The notes: generated by a model from the letters alone, not told the origin. 64,000 bases of DNA from Desulfuromonadales bacterium (GCA_033549025.1 JAWSUS010000003.1:32001-96000); one strand, 5' to 3'; positions 17,245-27,372 are shown, counted from the stretch's first letter. Numbers and translations are program-made.

Positions 17245-19662
17245 TCAGCTTTTGTCGTTTTTATCGGCGTCTTTGCCCGCAGAAAACCGACGGAGCTGTT
17301 CAGCCATATCGCGCAGGCGCTTATCCACCAGAAAATTCACTGTCCCTTCCGGCCAACTGCCGTCATCCAGCAGCTCGCCGGCCGGCACACCCGTGAGGAT
17401 TTCGATCCCTTCGTCGATGGTGGACACCGACCAGATGCTGAATTTTCCTTCACGCACGGCGGCAATGACCTCATCGTGCAGCATGAGGTTCTTTCGATTC
17501 TGCACCGGGATGATCACCCCCTGCTCCCCCGTCAGGCCCTTGGCTTTGCAGACGGCAAAAAACCCTTCGATCTTTTCGTTGACCCCGCCGATAGGCTGGA
17601 TCTGCCCGCGCTGGTTGACCGAGCCCGTCACGGCGATGCCCTGGCGAAGGGGCAGGCGGGAGAGGGAGGAGAGCAGGCCGTAGAGTTCGGCGGAAGAGGC
17701 GCTGTCCCCCTCCACCCCGGCGTAGGACTGCTCGAAGCCGATGGAAGCGGCAAAAGACAGGGGCTTGTCCTGGGCAAAGCGCTCGCCGAAAAAGCCGGTC
17801 AGAATCAGCACCCCTTTATCGTGAATGGGGCCGGAAAGTTTGACCTCCCGTTCGATATTGACCACCCCTCCCTTGCCCAGATAGGTCCGCACGGTCAGGC
17901 GTGAAGGTTTGCCGAAGGAGTAGTCACCCAGCAGATAGACGGAGAGGCCGTTGACCTGCCCGACCACTTCGCCCTCGGTATCGACCAGTATAGTGCCATC
18001 CTCGATGAATTCCTGCAGGCGCTCCTCGGTCTTGTTGGAGCGGTACACCTTGGCATCCACCGCCAGCTGCACATGGCTGCCATCCACGGTGGCACTTCCC
18101 TGTTGACCCGCATAGAAAGAGGCCTCCCGGATGATGTCCGCCAGGTCGATGAAGCGCGACGACAGGCGGTTCTGATCCTCGATGAGCCGGGCGGCGTACT
18201 CCACCACCCGCGCCACCCCGGCCGGCTTGAAGGGGAGCAGGTCCTCGTCCCGGCAGTGCGTCGCCACGAAGAGAGCGTACTGCTGCACGTTCTCCCAGGT
18301 GTTTTTCATCATGCGGTCGAAGTCGGCCTTCACCTTGAACAGCTTGCGGAAATCAGGATCGAGCTGGTAGAGGAGATAGTAGAGCATGGGGGTGCCGATG
18401 AGGATGATCTTGCAGTCGAGGGGGATGGGTTGCGGCTTGAGGGACACGGTGGAGATCAGGCGGTACTGCTCCATCAGATCCTCGATCTTGACCTCCTTGT
18501 TGCGGATGCAGCGCTTGAGGGCTTCGTAGGAGAAGAGATTGATCAGCACCTCGCGGCAGTCGAGAATGAGATAGCCGCCGTTGGCGCGATGAATGGCGCC
18601 GGGCTTGACCATGGTGAAATTGGTGGAGGCATTGCCCATCTGGATAATGTGTTCGATGCGGCCGAAGAGATTGAAGTACGTGGGGTTGGCTTCGTAGACG
18701 ACAGGCGAGCCTTTCTGTTCGCTGTTGTCGATAAACAGGTTCACCTTGTAGCGCTCGAAGACAGACTCCTGATCGTTGCCCTTCATGCCGGGGAGCATGA
18801 TCTGCGGCCCCTGGCTGGGACGGAAAGCGTCGATGTGTTCGAGGATATCCTTCTTGCAGTGGGCAAAGTGCTCGAGCACCTTTTCATACTTGCCGTACTT
18901 CTCTTCGAGCTCGTCGAAGAGATGACCGATGGCGGCCATCAGCACATCTTTTTCCATTTCTTCGGTGGCCGCCCGCAATTTCTTTTCCAGCTCCCGCACC
19001 CGCCGCAGCACCTCGTTGAGCTGCTCCTGCAGCACCTCTCCCTTTTTTTCGAGACTCGCCCGGTCCTTTTCGGAGAGCTCCTCGTATTCCTGCTGTGAGA
19101 TGGGATGACCGTCCTGGGTGGGCACCAGCACCAGTCCGCTCACGGTCCGCTGCAAAATGAAGCCTTCTTCGTTGACCTTCTCTTCCAGGGTCTGAAAGAG
19201 CTTCTTGTGGCGTTCCTGGGATTGGGCGGCCAGGCGGTTCTTATGCTGCTCATATTCTTTGCTTTCAAAGATCTTGGGGATCTCCTCCGCCAGCCGGCCG
19301 ATAAGGCTGTCGACATCTTTCTGCAGCTCCTTGCCCTGTCCGGCCGGCAGACGCAGATAGGCGGGTCTGGCCCCGTCAGCGAAATCGTAGAGATAGCACC
19401 AGTCGTCCGGCACCGGCTCGCCGGCGGCCCGCGACTTGAGCATCTTCTTGATGGTGGAAGAGCGACCGGTGCCCGGTTCTCCAAGAATGAAAATATTGAA
19501 GCCGCTGTCCCCTATCCCCAGCCCGAATTCGATGGCTGTCAGGGCCCGATCCTGACCGATGGTTCCTTCCAGACAGGAGATGTCGCGGGTCGTGGTAAAT
19601 TCGAATTGGGCCGGATCGCAACGCCACGTCAGTTCCTCTGGAGCCAGTCGATGGGTATCCAC
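17245..19662 (-). CDS. Lon-like protease, LonC/YcbZ type (AAA-like + S16 protease domain)
   Basis: IGQDRA, GEPGTGRSS, HRANGGYLILD, catalytic GDSAS and GGVNEK motifs; GTG start with GGAG RBS. Confidence 0.9.
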   Translation of the reverse strand: MDTHRLAPEELTWRCDPAQFEFTTTRDISCLEGTIGQDRALTAIEFGLGIGDSGFNIFILGEPGTGRSSTIKKMLKSRAAGEPVPDDWCYLYDFADGARPAYLRLPAGQGKELQKDVDSLIGRLAEEIPKIFESKEYEQHKNRLAAQSQERHKKLFQTLEEKVNEEGFILQRTVSGLVLVPTQDGHPISQQEYEELSEKDRASLEKKGEVLQEQLNEVLRRVRELEKKLRAATEEMEKDVLMAAIGHLFDELEEKYGKYEKVLEHFAHCKKDILEHIDAFRPSQGPQIMLPGMKGNDQESVFERYKVNLFIDNSEQKGSPVVYEANPTYFNLFGRIEHIIQMGNASTNFTMVKPGAIHRANGGYLILDCREVLINLFSYEALKRCIRNKEVKIEDLMEQYRLISTVSLKPQPIPLDCKIILIGTPMLYYLLYQLDPDFRKLFKVKADFDRMMKNTWENVQQYALFVATHCRDEDLLPFKPAGVARVVEYAARLIEDQNRLSSRFIDLADIIREASFYAGQQGSATVDGSHVQLAVDAKVYRSNKTEERLQEFIEDGTILVDTEGEVVGQVNGLSVYLLGDYSFGKPSRLTVRTYLGKGGVVNIEREVKLSGPIHDKGVLILTGFFGERFAQDKPLSFAASIGFEQSYAGVEGDSASSAELYGLLSSLSRLPLRQGIAVTGSVNQRGQIQPIGGVNEKIEGFFAVCKAKGLTGEQGVIIPVQNRKNLMLHDEVIAAVREGKFSIWSVSTIDEGIEILTGVPAGELLDDGSWPEGTVNFLVDKRLRDMAEQLRRFSAGKDADKNDKS

Positions 19663-19866
19663 TTTTGTCTCCCTCGTTTCAGGTTGGATAAATTCAACGT
19701 TTTCAGTGATTTTGACCTACTCCTGAAGTGTAGCAGCCAGCGGCCGGATCACAAGCCGCTGGCCGAGACCGCGCGTTTGTCGCGGAAAAGAGAACCCGGC
19801 GCATTGATCCCTGCCGTTCAGCAGGTATCCTTGTGGTTGGACATCCGACGCGCAGAAGGAGAAACC

Positions 19867-21951
19867 ATGGATAACCAGTACGTACGCTACACGGTAGAGG
19901 ACGGCATCGCCCGCGTCACTTTGGATTCCCCCGAGGGGAAGGTGAACCTCCTCAATGAAGAATTCCTCCAGGCCCTGGAACAGGTCGCCCTGGAACTGGA
20001 GCGGGATGAGGACCTCCGCGGGGCCATTATCCAAAGCGCCAAAGAGGCGGGCTTTATTGCCGGCGCCGACATCGGCAGTTTCACCAAGGTCACCTCCGCC
20101 GCCGAAGGGGCGGAGCTCGCCCGGCGGGGTCAGGAGATTCTCGACCTTTGGGCCGAGCTGCCCATCCCCACCGTCGCCGCCATCCACGGCCATTGTCTGG
20201 GAGGCGGGACAGAATTCGCCCTCGCCTGCACCAGCCGCGTCCTGGCCGAAGGTGCCCATCTGGCCCTGCCGGAAATAAAGCTGGGCATTCTCCCCGGTTT
20301 TGGCGGCACCCAGCGGCTGCCCCGTCTGGTCGGGCTGAGCAACGCCCTCGACCTCATTCTCAGCGGTCGCACCCTGTCGGCGACCAAGGCTCTGGACATG
20401 GGGTTGGCGGACGACTGCGTGGCGCCGACGGAACTGCAGAGCGCCGCCCTGGCCCTAGTGGAGAGGCTGGCGCAGGAGGGGGAACTGCCGCCATCCCAAA
20501 AGGACAGCGTCCGCACCTGGATGCTGGAGAGAAACCCCCTCGGGCGCGCGGCGCTCTTTCACCAGGCCCGTCAAAAGGTACTGGAAGAGACGGGCGGTCA
20601 TTATCCTGCCCCCCTGAAGGCGCTGGAGGTCATCAAACAGAGCTGGAACCTTCCCCTGGACCGTGGCCTTGAGCTGGAAGCCCAGGCTCTCGGCGAGCTG
20701 ATCGTCACCGAGGAATGCCGCAATCTGGTCCACGTCTTCTTTCTCAGCCAGCGCCCCAAAAAAGCCGGCGCTCCCCCCGGGACAGCCCGAAAGGTCGGGC
20801 AGGTCGGCGTTGTCGGCGCCGGCGTCATGGGCGCCGAAATCGCCCACCTTATGGTAGAGAAAGGGCTGGAGGTCACCCTGACGGACATCCGGCAGGAATC
20901 CGTCGACAAAGGACTGGCCCGGGCCCGGGAACTTTTCGGGCGCAAAAAGGCCGCCGAGGCACAGATCAACGAAAAGATGGCGCGGCTGAGCGGGCAGGTG
21001 GGCTACCAGGGCTTTTCCAAAATGGATCTGGTGGTTGAAGCCGTGGTTGAGAACATGGACATCAAGCAGTCCGTCCTGAAGGAGCTTGAAACGGTCCTCC
21101 CCACCCAGGCCCTCTTCGCCACCAACACCTCGGCCCTGTCGGTCACCGAACTGCAGAAGGTGGCCGAATACCCCGGCCGGGTGGCCGGCCTGCATTTTTT
21201 CAACCCGGTGCACCGCATGCCCCTGGTCGAGATCATTAAAGGACAGCACACCGAGGACGATACCCTCGCCACCCTGTTCGAAGCGGCCACACGGCTGGGC
21301 AAAACACCCATCCTGGTCGCCGATTCCCCCGGCTTTCTGGTCAATCGACTGCTGGGCGCCTACCTGAATGAGGCCTGCCTCCTCGCCGCCGCCGGAGTCA
21401 AGTGGACCTCTGTTGACAGACTGGCCAAAAAATTCGGGCTGCCTATGGGCCCCTTCCGACTCATCGACGAGGTCGGCATCGACGTGGCCTTCGAGGTCGG
21501 CAAAACCCTCGCCGAAGCCTTTCCTTATCTGCATCGCAGCCCCCTGCTCGATGAGGTCGCCAGCCGGGACCTTCTTGGCAAGAAGGGAGGCAAAGGATTC
21601 TATCTCTATGAGGCCGGCCAGGATCCCAAGCCCAACGAGGAGGTGAGCCCCATGGTCAATCTCTCCGCCGATCGGGAGGCTACTCAGGCTGACCTGCGCC
21701 GGCTGCTGCTCTTGATGGTCAACGAGGCAGGCCGCTGTCTTGATGAAAAGATTGTCGCTGGTCCCGAGGACATCGACACGGGCATGATCTTCGGCACCGG
21801 CTTCCCCCCCTTCACCGGCGGACTGTGCCGCTGGGCCGACCAGGAGGGGCTGCGGCGCCTCTTCCTGGAACTGACCGACCTGGAAGGGATTCTGGGGGAC
21901 CGCTTCGATCCCTGTGATTTCCTGAAAACCCACGAGCGCTTCTATCCCTGA
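19867..21951 (+). CDS. fadJ: bifunctional enoyl-CoA hydratase / 3-hydroxyacyl-CoA dehydrogenase (FadJ/FadB-like alpha subunit)
   Basis: FIAGADI, CLGGGTE, PEIKLGILPGFGGTQRL, GAGVMG, TNTS, HFFNPV and GFLVNR motifs; ATG 19867 with AGGAG RBS. Confidence 0.9.
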   Translation: MDNQYVRYTVEDGIARVTLDSPEGKVNLLNEEFLQALEQVALELERDEDLRGAIIQSAKEAGFIAGADIGSFTKVTSAAEGAELARRGQEILDLWAELPIPTVAAIHGHCLGGGTEFALACTSRVLAEGAHLALPEIKLGILPGFGGTQRLPRLVGLSNALDLILSGRTLSATKALDMGLADDCVAPTELQSAALALVERLAQEGELPPSQKDSVRTWMLERNPLGRAALFHQARQKVLEETGGHYPAPLKALEVIKQSWNLPLDRGLELEAQALGELIVTEECRNLVHVFFLSQRPKKAGAPPGTARKVGQVGVVGAGVMGAEIAHLMVEKGLEVTLTDIRQESVDKGLARARELFGRKKAAEAQINEKMARLSGQVGYQGFSKMDLVVEAVVENMDIKQSVLKELETVLPTQALFATNTSALSVTELQKVAEYPGRVAGLHFFNPVHRMPLVEIIKGQHTEDDTLATLFEAATRLGKTPILVADSPGFLVNRLLGAYLNEACLLAAAGVKWTSVDRLAKKFGLPMGPFRLIDEVGIDVAFEVGKTLAEAFPYLHRSPLLDEVASRDLLGKKGGKGFYLYEAGQDPKPNEEVSPMVNLSADREATQADLRRLLLLMVNEAGRCLDEKIVAGPEDIDTGMIFGTGFPPFTGGLCRWADQEGLRRLFLELTDLEGILGDRFDPCDFLKTHERFYP

Positions 21952-22004
21952 GGGAAGGTTCACCTTCCACCGGGGAAAACGCCCCTACAAGAGGAGAATT
22001 CACC

Positions 22005-22391
22005 ATGAATCTGCACGACTATTTTGAAAACACCAAGGGCACGGGCATCCTTTCCACCGCGGACGACCAAGGCCGGGTCGACTGCGCCATCTATGCCCGC
22101 CCTCACGTCATGGACGACGGGAGCCTGGCGATGATCATGCTCGACCGACTCAGTCACCACAACCTGCAGTCGAACCCGCACGCCGCCTACATGTTCATCG
22201 AAGACGGTCCGGGCTACCGGGGCAAGAGGCTCTTTCTGACCAAGGTGCGCGAAGAGACCGACTCGCCCCTGATTGAAACCCTCAGCCGCCGCTACCCCGG
22301 CAAGCAGGACGATTTGCCGAAAACCCGCTATCTGGTTATTTTCCGGCTTGACAAGGAATTGCCCCTGATCGGATCAGGCCAGAGCGCCTGA
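22005..22391 (+). CDS. pyridoxamine 5'-phosphate oxidase-like FMN-binding protein
   Basis: GILSTAD..G..D.AIYARP and SHHNLQSNP pattern; strong RBS. Confidence 0.75.
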   Translation: MNLHDYFENTKGTGILSTADDQGRVDCAIYARPHVMDDGSLAMIMLDRLSHHNLQSNPHAAYMFIEDGPGYRGKRLFLTKVREETDSPLIETLSRRYPGKQDDLPKTRYLVIFRLDKELPLIGSGQSA

Positions 22392-22409
22392 TCCCCTGGA
22401 GACACCTGC

Positions 22410-23903
22410 ATGCTCACACAACGCGCCAGCGGCATCCTTCTGCACCCCACCTCCCTGCCGGGGCGATTTGGCCTCGGCAGTTTGGGCAAGGAAGCCCGCC
22501 GCTTCATCGACTTTCTGGCCGACAGCCAGCAGAGCGTCTGGCAGATTCTCCCCCTCGGCCCGACGGGGTACGGAGACTCACCCTATAACGCCCTGTCCGC
22601 TTTTGCCGGCAACACCCTCCTTATCGATCTGGACGAACTCGTTGCCCACGGGGATCTCGACACCGCCGACCTCCAGGGGATTGATTTTGAGGAAGGGGCC
22701 GCCCACTTCGAGCAGGTCCACGCTCTCAAGGAGAGGCTGCTGCGCAAAGGCGCGGCCACTTTTTTTCGGCGGGGCGGGACCGAACGCGCCAGCGCCTTTG
22801 ACCGCTTCAGTCAAGAGCAGGGCTATTGGCTGCACGACTATGCCCTTTTCAAGGCGCTGAGAGACCACTTTCAGCACAAGAGCTGGAACCAGTGGCCGGA
22901 AGCATTGCGGCGGCGCCAGGGGCAGGCGCTGGATTCCTGGAGTGAAGACCTGAGTGAGCCGATTGCCGTCGAGAAATACGCCCAATTCGTCTTCTTCGAG
23001 CAGTGGTTTGCCCTCAAAGAATACGCCAACAAGCGCGGGGTGCGGATTATGGGGGACATCCCTATCTTCGTCGCCTTTGATTCCGCCGACGTCTGGACCA
23101 ATTCCCAGCTTTTCTATCTGGATGAACACCAGCATCCGACCCTGGTTGCCGGCGTCCCTCCCGACTATTTCAGCGCAACCGGCCAGCGGTGGGGAAATCC
23201 CCTCTACAACTGGGAGCGCCTGCAGGAGCAGGATTTTTCCTGGTGGCTGGCGCGCTTCGGCTGGAACCTGACCCTGACCGACCTGGTGCGCATCGACCAC
23301 TTTCGCGGCTTCGAATCGTACTGGGCCATCCCCGCCGCGGATAAAACCGCCGTCGGCGGTCAGTGGCAGCCCGCGGCCGGCCGCCAGCTCTTCCAGGCGC
23401 TGCAGGCGGCTTTTGGCCCGCCCCCCCTTATCGCCGAGGATCTGGGGGTCATCACCCCGGAAGTAGAAGCCCTGCGGGACGACTTCGGTTTTCCCGGCAT
23501 GAAGATCCTGCAGTTCGCCTTCGGTTCAGGCCCGCAGAATCCCTACCTCCCCCACAACCTCACCCGGAACTGCGTCGTCTACACCGGCACCCACGACAAC
23601 AACACCACTCTCGGCTGGTGGAAGGCCCTGACAACGGCTGAAAAAAACGCCGTGAAAAACTATCTGGGGAGCAGCCTGCGCGCCATGCCCTGGGATCTGA
23701 TCCGCTGCGCACTGGCGAGCGTCGCGGGGCTGTGCGTGCTGCCCATGCAGGATATCCTCGGTCTTGACGCCTCAGCCCGCATGAACACCCCCGGCACCAG
23801 CCGGGGCAACTGGAGCTGGCGTTATCGCGGTGCAGAGCTGACGGCGGATAAAAGCGAGACCCTGGCAGAGATGACCCGACTCTACGGGCGCGCCCCCTTG
23901 TGA
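22410..23903 (+). CDS. malQ: 4-alpha-glucanotransferase (amylomaltase, GH77)
   Basis: SGILLHPTSLP, GVPPDYFSATGQRWGNP, RIDHFRG, IAEDLG and YTGTHDN motifs. Confidence 0.97.
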   Translation: MLTQRASGILLHPTSLPGRFGLGSLGKEARRFIDFLADSQQSVWQILPLGPTGYGDSPYNALSAFAGNTLLIDLDELVAHGDLDTADLQGIDFEEGAAHFEQVHALKERLLRKGAATFFRRGGTERASAFDRFSQEQGYWLHDYALFKALRDHFQHKSWNQWPEALRRRQGQALDSWSEDLSEPIAVEKYAQFVFFEQWFALKEYANKRGVRIMGDIPIFVAFDSADVWTNSQLFYLDEHQHPTLVAGVPPDYFSATGQRWGNPLYNWERLQEQDFSWWLARFGWNLTLTDLVRIDHFRGFESYWAIPAADKTAVGGQWQPAAGRQLFQALQAAFGPPPLIAEDLGVITPEVEALRDDFGFPGMKILQFAFGSGPQNPYLPHNLTRNCVVYTGTHDNNTTLGWWKALTTAEKNAVKNYLGSSLRAMPWDLIRCALASVAGLCVLPMQDILGLDASARMNTPGTSRGNWSWRYRGAELTADKSETLAEMTRLYGRAPL

Positions 23904-24079
23904 ACAAATGAGCTGTCCCGGCTGTGCATATGAACAGGGCCCAAAGGTGCGCTTAAACGATTTTATACCTGCCGGCTTGTGTATGGACAAACACTTATGG
24001 TAGATTCTCGCGAGTGTATTCATTAACAACCTGGAACTGCGGACGGTGGAACCGCCCGACCAACCCCTGGAGGATCTCC

Positions 24080-24844
24080 GTGAAAAAGACTCGTATTCTG
24101 CTGTTGTCCATTGCTGTAATGGCCCTGTTGGCCGCCGGCTGCAAGAACCAGAACAGCGAAACTCCCGCTGCCAGCCAACAACCCGCCGCGGCCCCGCAGG
24201 CCGAAGCCCAACAGGCTGCCGGCAAGTCCGGTACCGTCGTTGAAACCATGAACGCCGCCGGCTACACCTATGTTCAGGTCGACACCGGCAGTGAAAAGAT
24301 CTGGGCGGCCGCACCCGAATTTGCCGTCAAGGTCGGTGATGCCGTGGTCGTGCCCGAAGGCATGCCGATGGAAAACTACCACAGCAAAACCCTGGATCGG
24401 AACTTTGACCTCGTCTATTTCGTCGACGGCGTCCTTGTCGGCGGCGCTGCCCAGGCAGCCTCCCAGGAGGGTATGCCTGCCGGTCATCCCGACGTTCGCT
24501 CGCAGGCGCCTGCCGCCGACATCGACCTCAGCGGCATCACCAAGGCCGAAGGCGGTCAGACGGTGGCCGAAGTCTATGCAGCCAAGGCCGATCTGGCCGG
24601 CAAAACCGTCAACGTCCGGGGCAAAGTGGTTAAATTCAGCCCCCAGATCATGGGTAAGAACTGGATCCACCTGCAGGATGGCTCCGGTGCCGAAGGGACC
24701 AATGACCTGACCATCACCACCGCGGAGACCGCAAACGTGGGCGACACCGTCCTGATCAGCGGAGCCCTGGCGGTGGACAAGGATTTCGGCTATGGCTATC
24801 AATATGCCGTGATCGTTGAGGACGCCAAGGTTACCGTGGAGTAA
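24080..24844 (+). CDS. lipoprotein with two OB-fold-like domains (NrfJ-related family)
   Basis: GTG start with GGAGG RBS; lipobox LAAGC; GTVVETMNAAGYTY and GKVVKF..IMGKNWIH repeats; MPAGHP linker. Confidence 0.7.
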   Translation: MKKTRILLLSIAVMALLAAGCKNQNSETPAASQQPAAAPQAEAQQAAGKSGTVVETMNAAGYTYVQVDTGSEKIWAAAPEFAVKVGDAVVVPEGMPMENYHSKTLDRNFDLVYFVDGVLVGGAAQAASQEGMPAGHPDVRSQAPAADIDLSGITKAEGGQTVAEVYAAKADLAGKTVNVRGKVVKFSPQIMGKNWIHLQDGSGAEGTNDLTITTAETANVGDTVLISGALAVDKDFGYGYQYAVIVEDAKVTVE

Positions 24845-24861
24845 GCATCCTCACCAACCGA

Positions 24862-24910
24862 GCACAAAAAAACGCCCCGAGCCAATAACGGCCGGGGCGT
24901 TTTTTTGTGC
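24862..24910. terminator. bidirectional intrinsic terminator
   Basis: Perfect 18-bp inverted repeat GCACAAAAAAACGCCCCG / CGGGGCGTTTTTTTGTGC between convergent genes. Confidence 0.9.
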
Positions 24911-24929
24911 AGGCAGAGCGGTATGTGCA

Positions 24930-26771
24930 TCAGGAGGGTGTGCGCGACCGGTGCAAAAAGGCATGCACCTCTTCCGCCACCTGGCGCGGCAGACCGGGGA
25001 CCTCCTGCAGCTGTTCGAGTGTGGCTTCGCGGATCTTTTTCAGGCTGCCGAAGTGTTTCAACAGCAGCTGGCGCCTGGCCTTTCCCACCCCAGGCACCTC
25101 ATCCAGAGTGGAGCGAAGCGTAGCTTTTTTGCGCACCTTGCGATGATGCGTGATGGCGAAGCGGTGGGCCTCGTCCCGCAGCCGCTCCAGCATGAAGAGG
25201 GCAGCGCCGCCCTGCCGCAGCAGGACGGGGTTTTTCCTCCCCGGCCGAAAAAATCGTTCCTCGCTGCGCTCCACCGCCTTGCCTCGTACGTTGCTGATTA
25301 CCCGGCTCTTGGCAATGCCGGCGATATCGATGCGCTCCTGCAGCCCCAGCTCATCGAGAACCGCCGAGAGCACGGCCAGCTGCCCTTTGCCGCCGTCAAT
25401 CAGGATAAAATCCGGCAGTTCTCCTTCTTCCAGCCCCCGGCTGAGGCGACGGTGCACCACTTCGCGCAGGGAAGCGTAGTCATCCGCTCCCTCGACGGTG
25501 CGGATGCGGAAGTGACGGTAGGCCTCGCTGGCCGGTTCGCCATCGATAGCGACGACCATGCTTCCCACGCTGAAACTTCCCTGCACGTTGGAAATATCGA
25601 AGCATTCCATACGCTGCGGCAACCGGCTCAGCTGCAGGCGGTCGCGAATCTCTTCCAGCACCCGCTCCCGCGCCTCGCGCCGGCTGCCCCTCTCCCGAAA
25701 AGCCTCCAGGGCGTTACGCCCCGCCATCTCCACCAGGGCCCGCCGGTCGCCGCGCTGCGGTGCCGCCAAAGCCACTTTTTTGCCCTTGCGATCGCCCAGC
25801 CACTCGGAGAGGGTATCGCTGTCCGCCGGCAGAAATGGCAAGAGAACCGCGTCGGGAATGAGAATATCCCGCCCGTAGAATTCCTGCAGGAAGGAGGAGA
25901 GGAGCTCATCGTCATCCATCCGCCACTCCAGATTATAGCTGCGGCGGTCAATGAGTTTACCCTGGCGGATGAAGAGGACGGCCAGCTCGACTTCCCCCCC
26001 TTCGCGGTGCAGGCCGAAAATATCCTGGTCGCCGCCGCCGGCATCCCATACTTTCTGGCGCTCCACCGTCTCCTCGATGGCCCGGACCTGGTCCCGCAGG
26101 CGGGCGGCTTCCTCAAAGCGCAGGGCGGCCGAAGCGTCCCGCATGCGCTGGCGGATCATGTCGATCACCTCGGTTTCCCGCCCCGACAGCAGGGAAACCA
26201 CACCACGCACCAGGCGGTTGTACTCTTCGGCACTGATATGACCGTGACAGGGCGCGCTGCATTGGCCGATCTGGTAGAACAGACAGGGCCGTCGGCGCCG
26301 ACGGCAGAGTTCCATGGGATAGTGGCGCAGGGGAAAGATGCGATAGATCTCCTTCAGGGTTTCGCGCACAGCCGAGGAAGACGAGAAAGGACCAAAATAG
26401 AGGGCGCCGTCACGTTTGACCCGGCGCACCACCTGCAGAAAGGGGAATTCCTCCCGCAGGTCCAAGCGCAGGGAAACATAGGTCTTGTCGTCCCGCAGGT
26501 TGATGTTGTAGCGGGGGCGGTGTTTCTTGATCAGGGTATTTTCAAGAATCAGGGCCTCTTTTTCCGTATCCGTCACAATGGTCTCGATGCTATCGACCTT
26601 GTTCATCAGAAAGCGGATATGGGCGCGGCCGTCACCCTCCCGGGAAAAATAGCTGCGCAGGCGGGCGCGCAGGTTCTTGGCCTTGCCCACATAGAGGACC
26701 GCGCCGCCGGCCTCCTTCATGAGGTAGACGCCGGACGCGGTGGGATATTTTTTCAGGTCGACGTCCTGCAT
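24930..26771 (-). CDS. uvrC: excinuclease ABC subunit C
   Basis: GVY..LYVGKAKNL (GIY-YIG), ECFDISN, IDGGKGQ, RDEAHRFA and HhH motifs. Confidence 0.98.
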   Translation of the reverse strand: MQDVDLKKYPTASGVYLMKEAGGAVLYVGKAKNLRARLRSYFSREGDGRAHIRFLMNKVDSIETIVTDTEKEALILENTLIKKHRPRYNINLRDDKTYVSLRLDLREEFPFLQVVRRVKRDGALYFGPFSSSSAVRETLKEIYRIFPLRHYPMELCRRRRRPCLFYQIGQCSAPCHGHISAEEYNRLVRGVVSLLSGRETEVIDMIRQRMRDASAALRFEEAARLRDQVRAIEETVERQKVWDAGGGDQDIFGLHREGGEVELAVLFIRQGKLIDRRSYNLEWRMDDDELLSSFLQEFYGRDILIPDAVLLPFLPADSDTLSEWLGDRKGKKVALAAPQRGDRRALVEMAGRNALEAFRERGSRREARERVLEEIRDRLQLSRLPQRMECFDISNVQGSFSVGSMVVAIDGEPASEAYRHFRIRTVEGADDYASLREVVHRRLSRGLEEGELPDFILIDGGKGQLAVLSAVLDELGLQERIDIAGIAKSRVISNVRGKAVERSEERFFRPGRKNPVLLRQGGAALFMLERLRDEAHRFAITHHRKVRKKATLRSTLDEVPGVGKARRQLLLKHFGSLKKIREATLEQLQEVPGLPRQVAEEVHAFLHRSRTPS

Positions 26772-26836
26772 GACCGACTCTCCGCCGATAAAAAAAGCCA
26801 GGGAAACCCTGGCTGGTCTGTGCTGAGGGCGGCCTG

Positions 26837-27346
26837 TTATCCGGCCAGCCCGAGATGGTCGTTTTCAATTTCGATAAAAGCCTTGAGAACCTCGCGAACC
26901 CCCTCCTCGCCGGCATCCTCGAGAAACTTGGAGTAGACCTTGGACAGACGCGTCTGGCGCTTGCCGGCCTCGATCCTATTTTCTTTGTGGGAGGGAGAAC
27001 AGGAGCCCGTATCGCGCAGTTCTTCGGGTACGGGCAAATCAAGCATGCGGCAGACGATTTCGGCATGGCGGGCTTCCTGGGCCGCCATGGCGGCAAAGAG
27101 CGCGGCGCCTTCTTCATCATCGGCCACTTTTGAAGCCCCCCGGTAGAATTGGCTGTTGTCCACCTGCTGGGCCAGGGCTTTCTGAAGAGCCTCGCGGCTC
27201 TTGTCTGACAGTTCGGCAATGGCATTTGGCTCATAGGCCTCAGCCGGTACTATGTATTCCTGACGGGCCCCGCAGAAAGGGCAGTGCATGGGCCGGACCG
27301 ATTCGAGGCACGGCTCGGTGCATATTCTGCAGCGAAAAACATCCAT
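26837..27346 (-). CDS. rubredoxin-like + ferritin-like (rubrerythrin-related) protein
   Basis: N-terminal CRIC...CPFCG; helical domain with EARH and ENDH; AGGAGG RBS. Confidence 0.8.
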   Translation of the reverse strand: MDVFRCRICTEPCLESVRPMHCPFCGARQEYIVPAEAYEPNAIAELSDKSREALQKALAQQVDNSQFYRGASKVADDEEGAALFAAMAAQEARHAEIVCRMLDLPVPEELRDTGSCSPSHKENRIEAGKRQTRLSKVYSKFLEDAGEEGVREVLKAFIEIENDHLGLAG

Positions 27347-27372
27347 GGGCAAACCTCCTTCAAGCAGGGCGC

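Noticed and set aside
19105..19866. 254-aa N-terminal extension of the FadJ-like ORF
   Set aside because: It overlaps the LonC-like gene on the opposite strand; the real start is ATG 19867 with an AGGAG RBS, where the crotonase domain begins.
24816..26936. 706-aa + strand ORF (likewise 29323..31386, 20455..21963, 44672..46093, 56457..57866, 61398..62873)
   Set aside because: Antisense mirrors of well-supported genes, expected from GC-rich codon bias.
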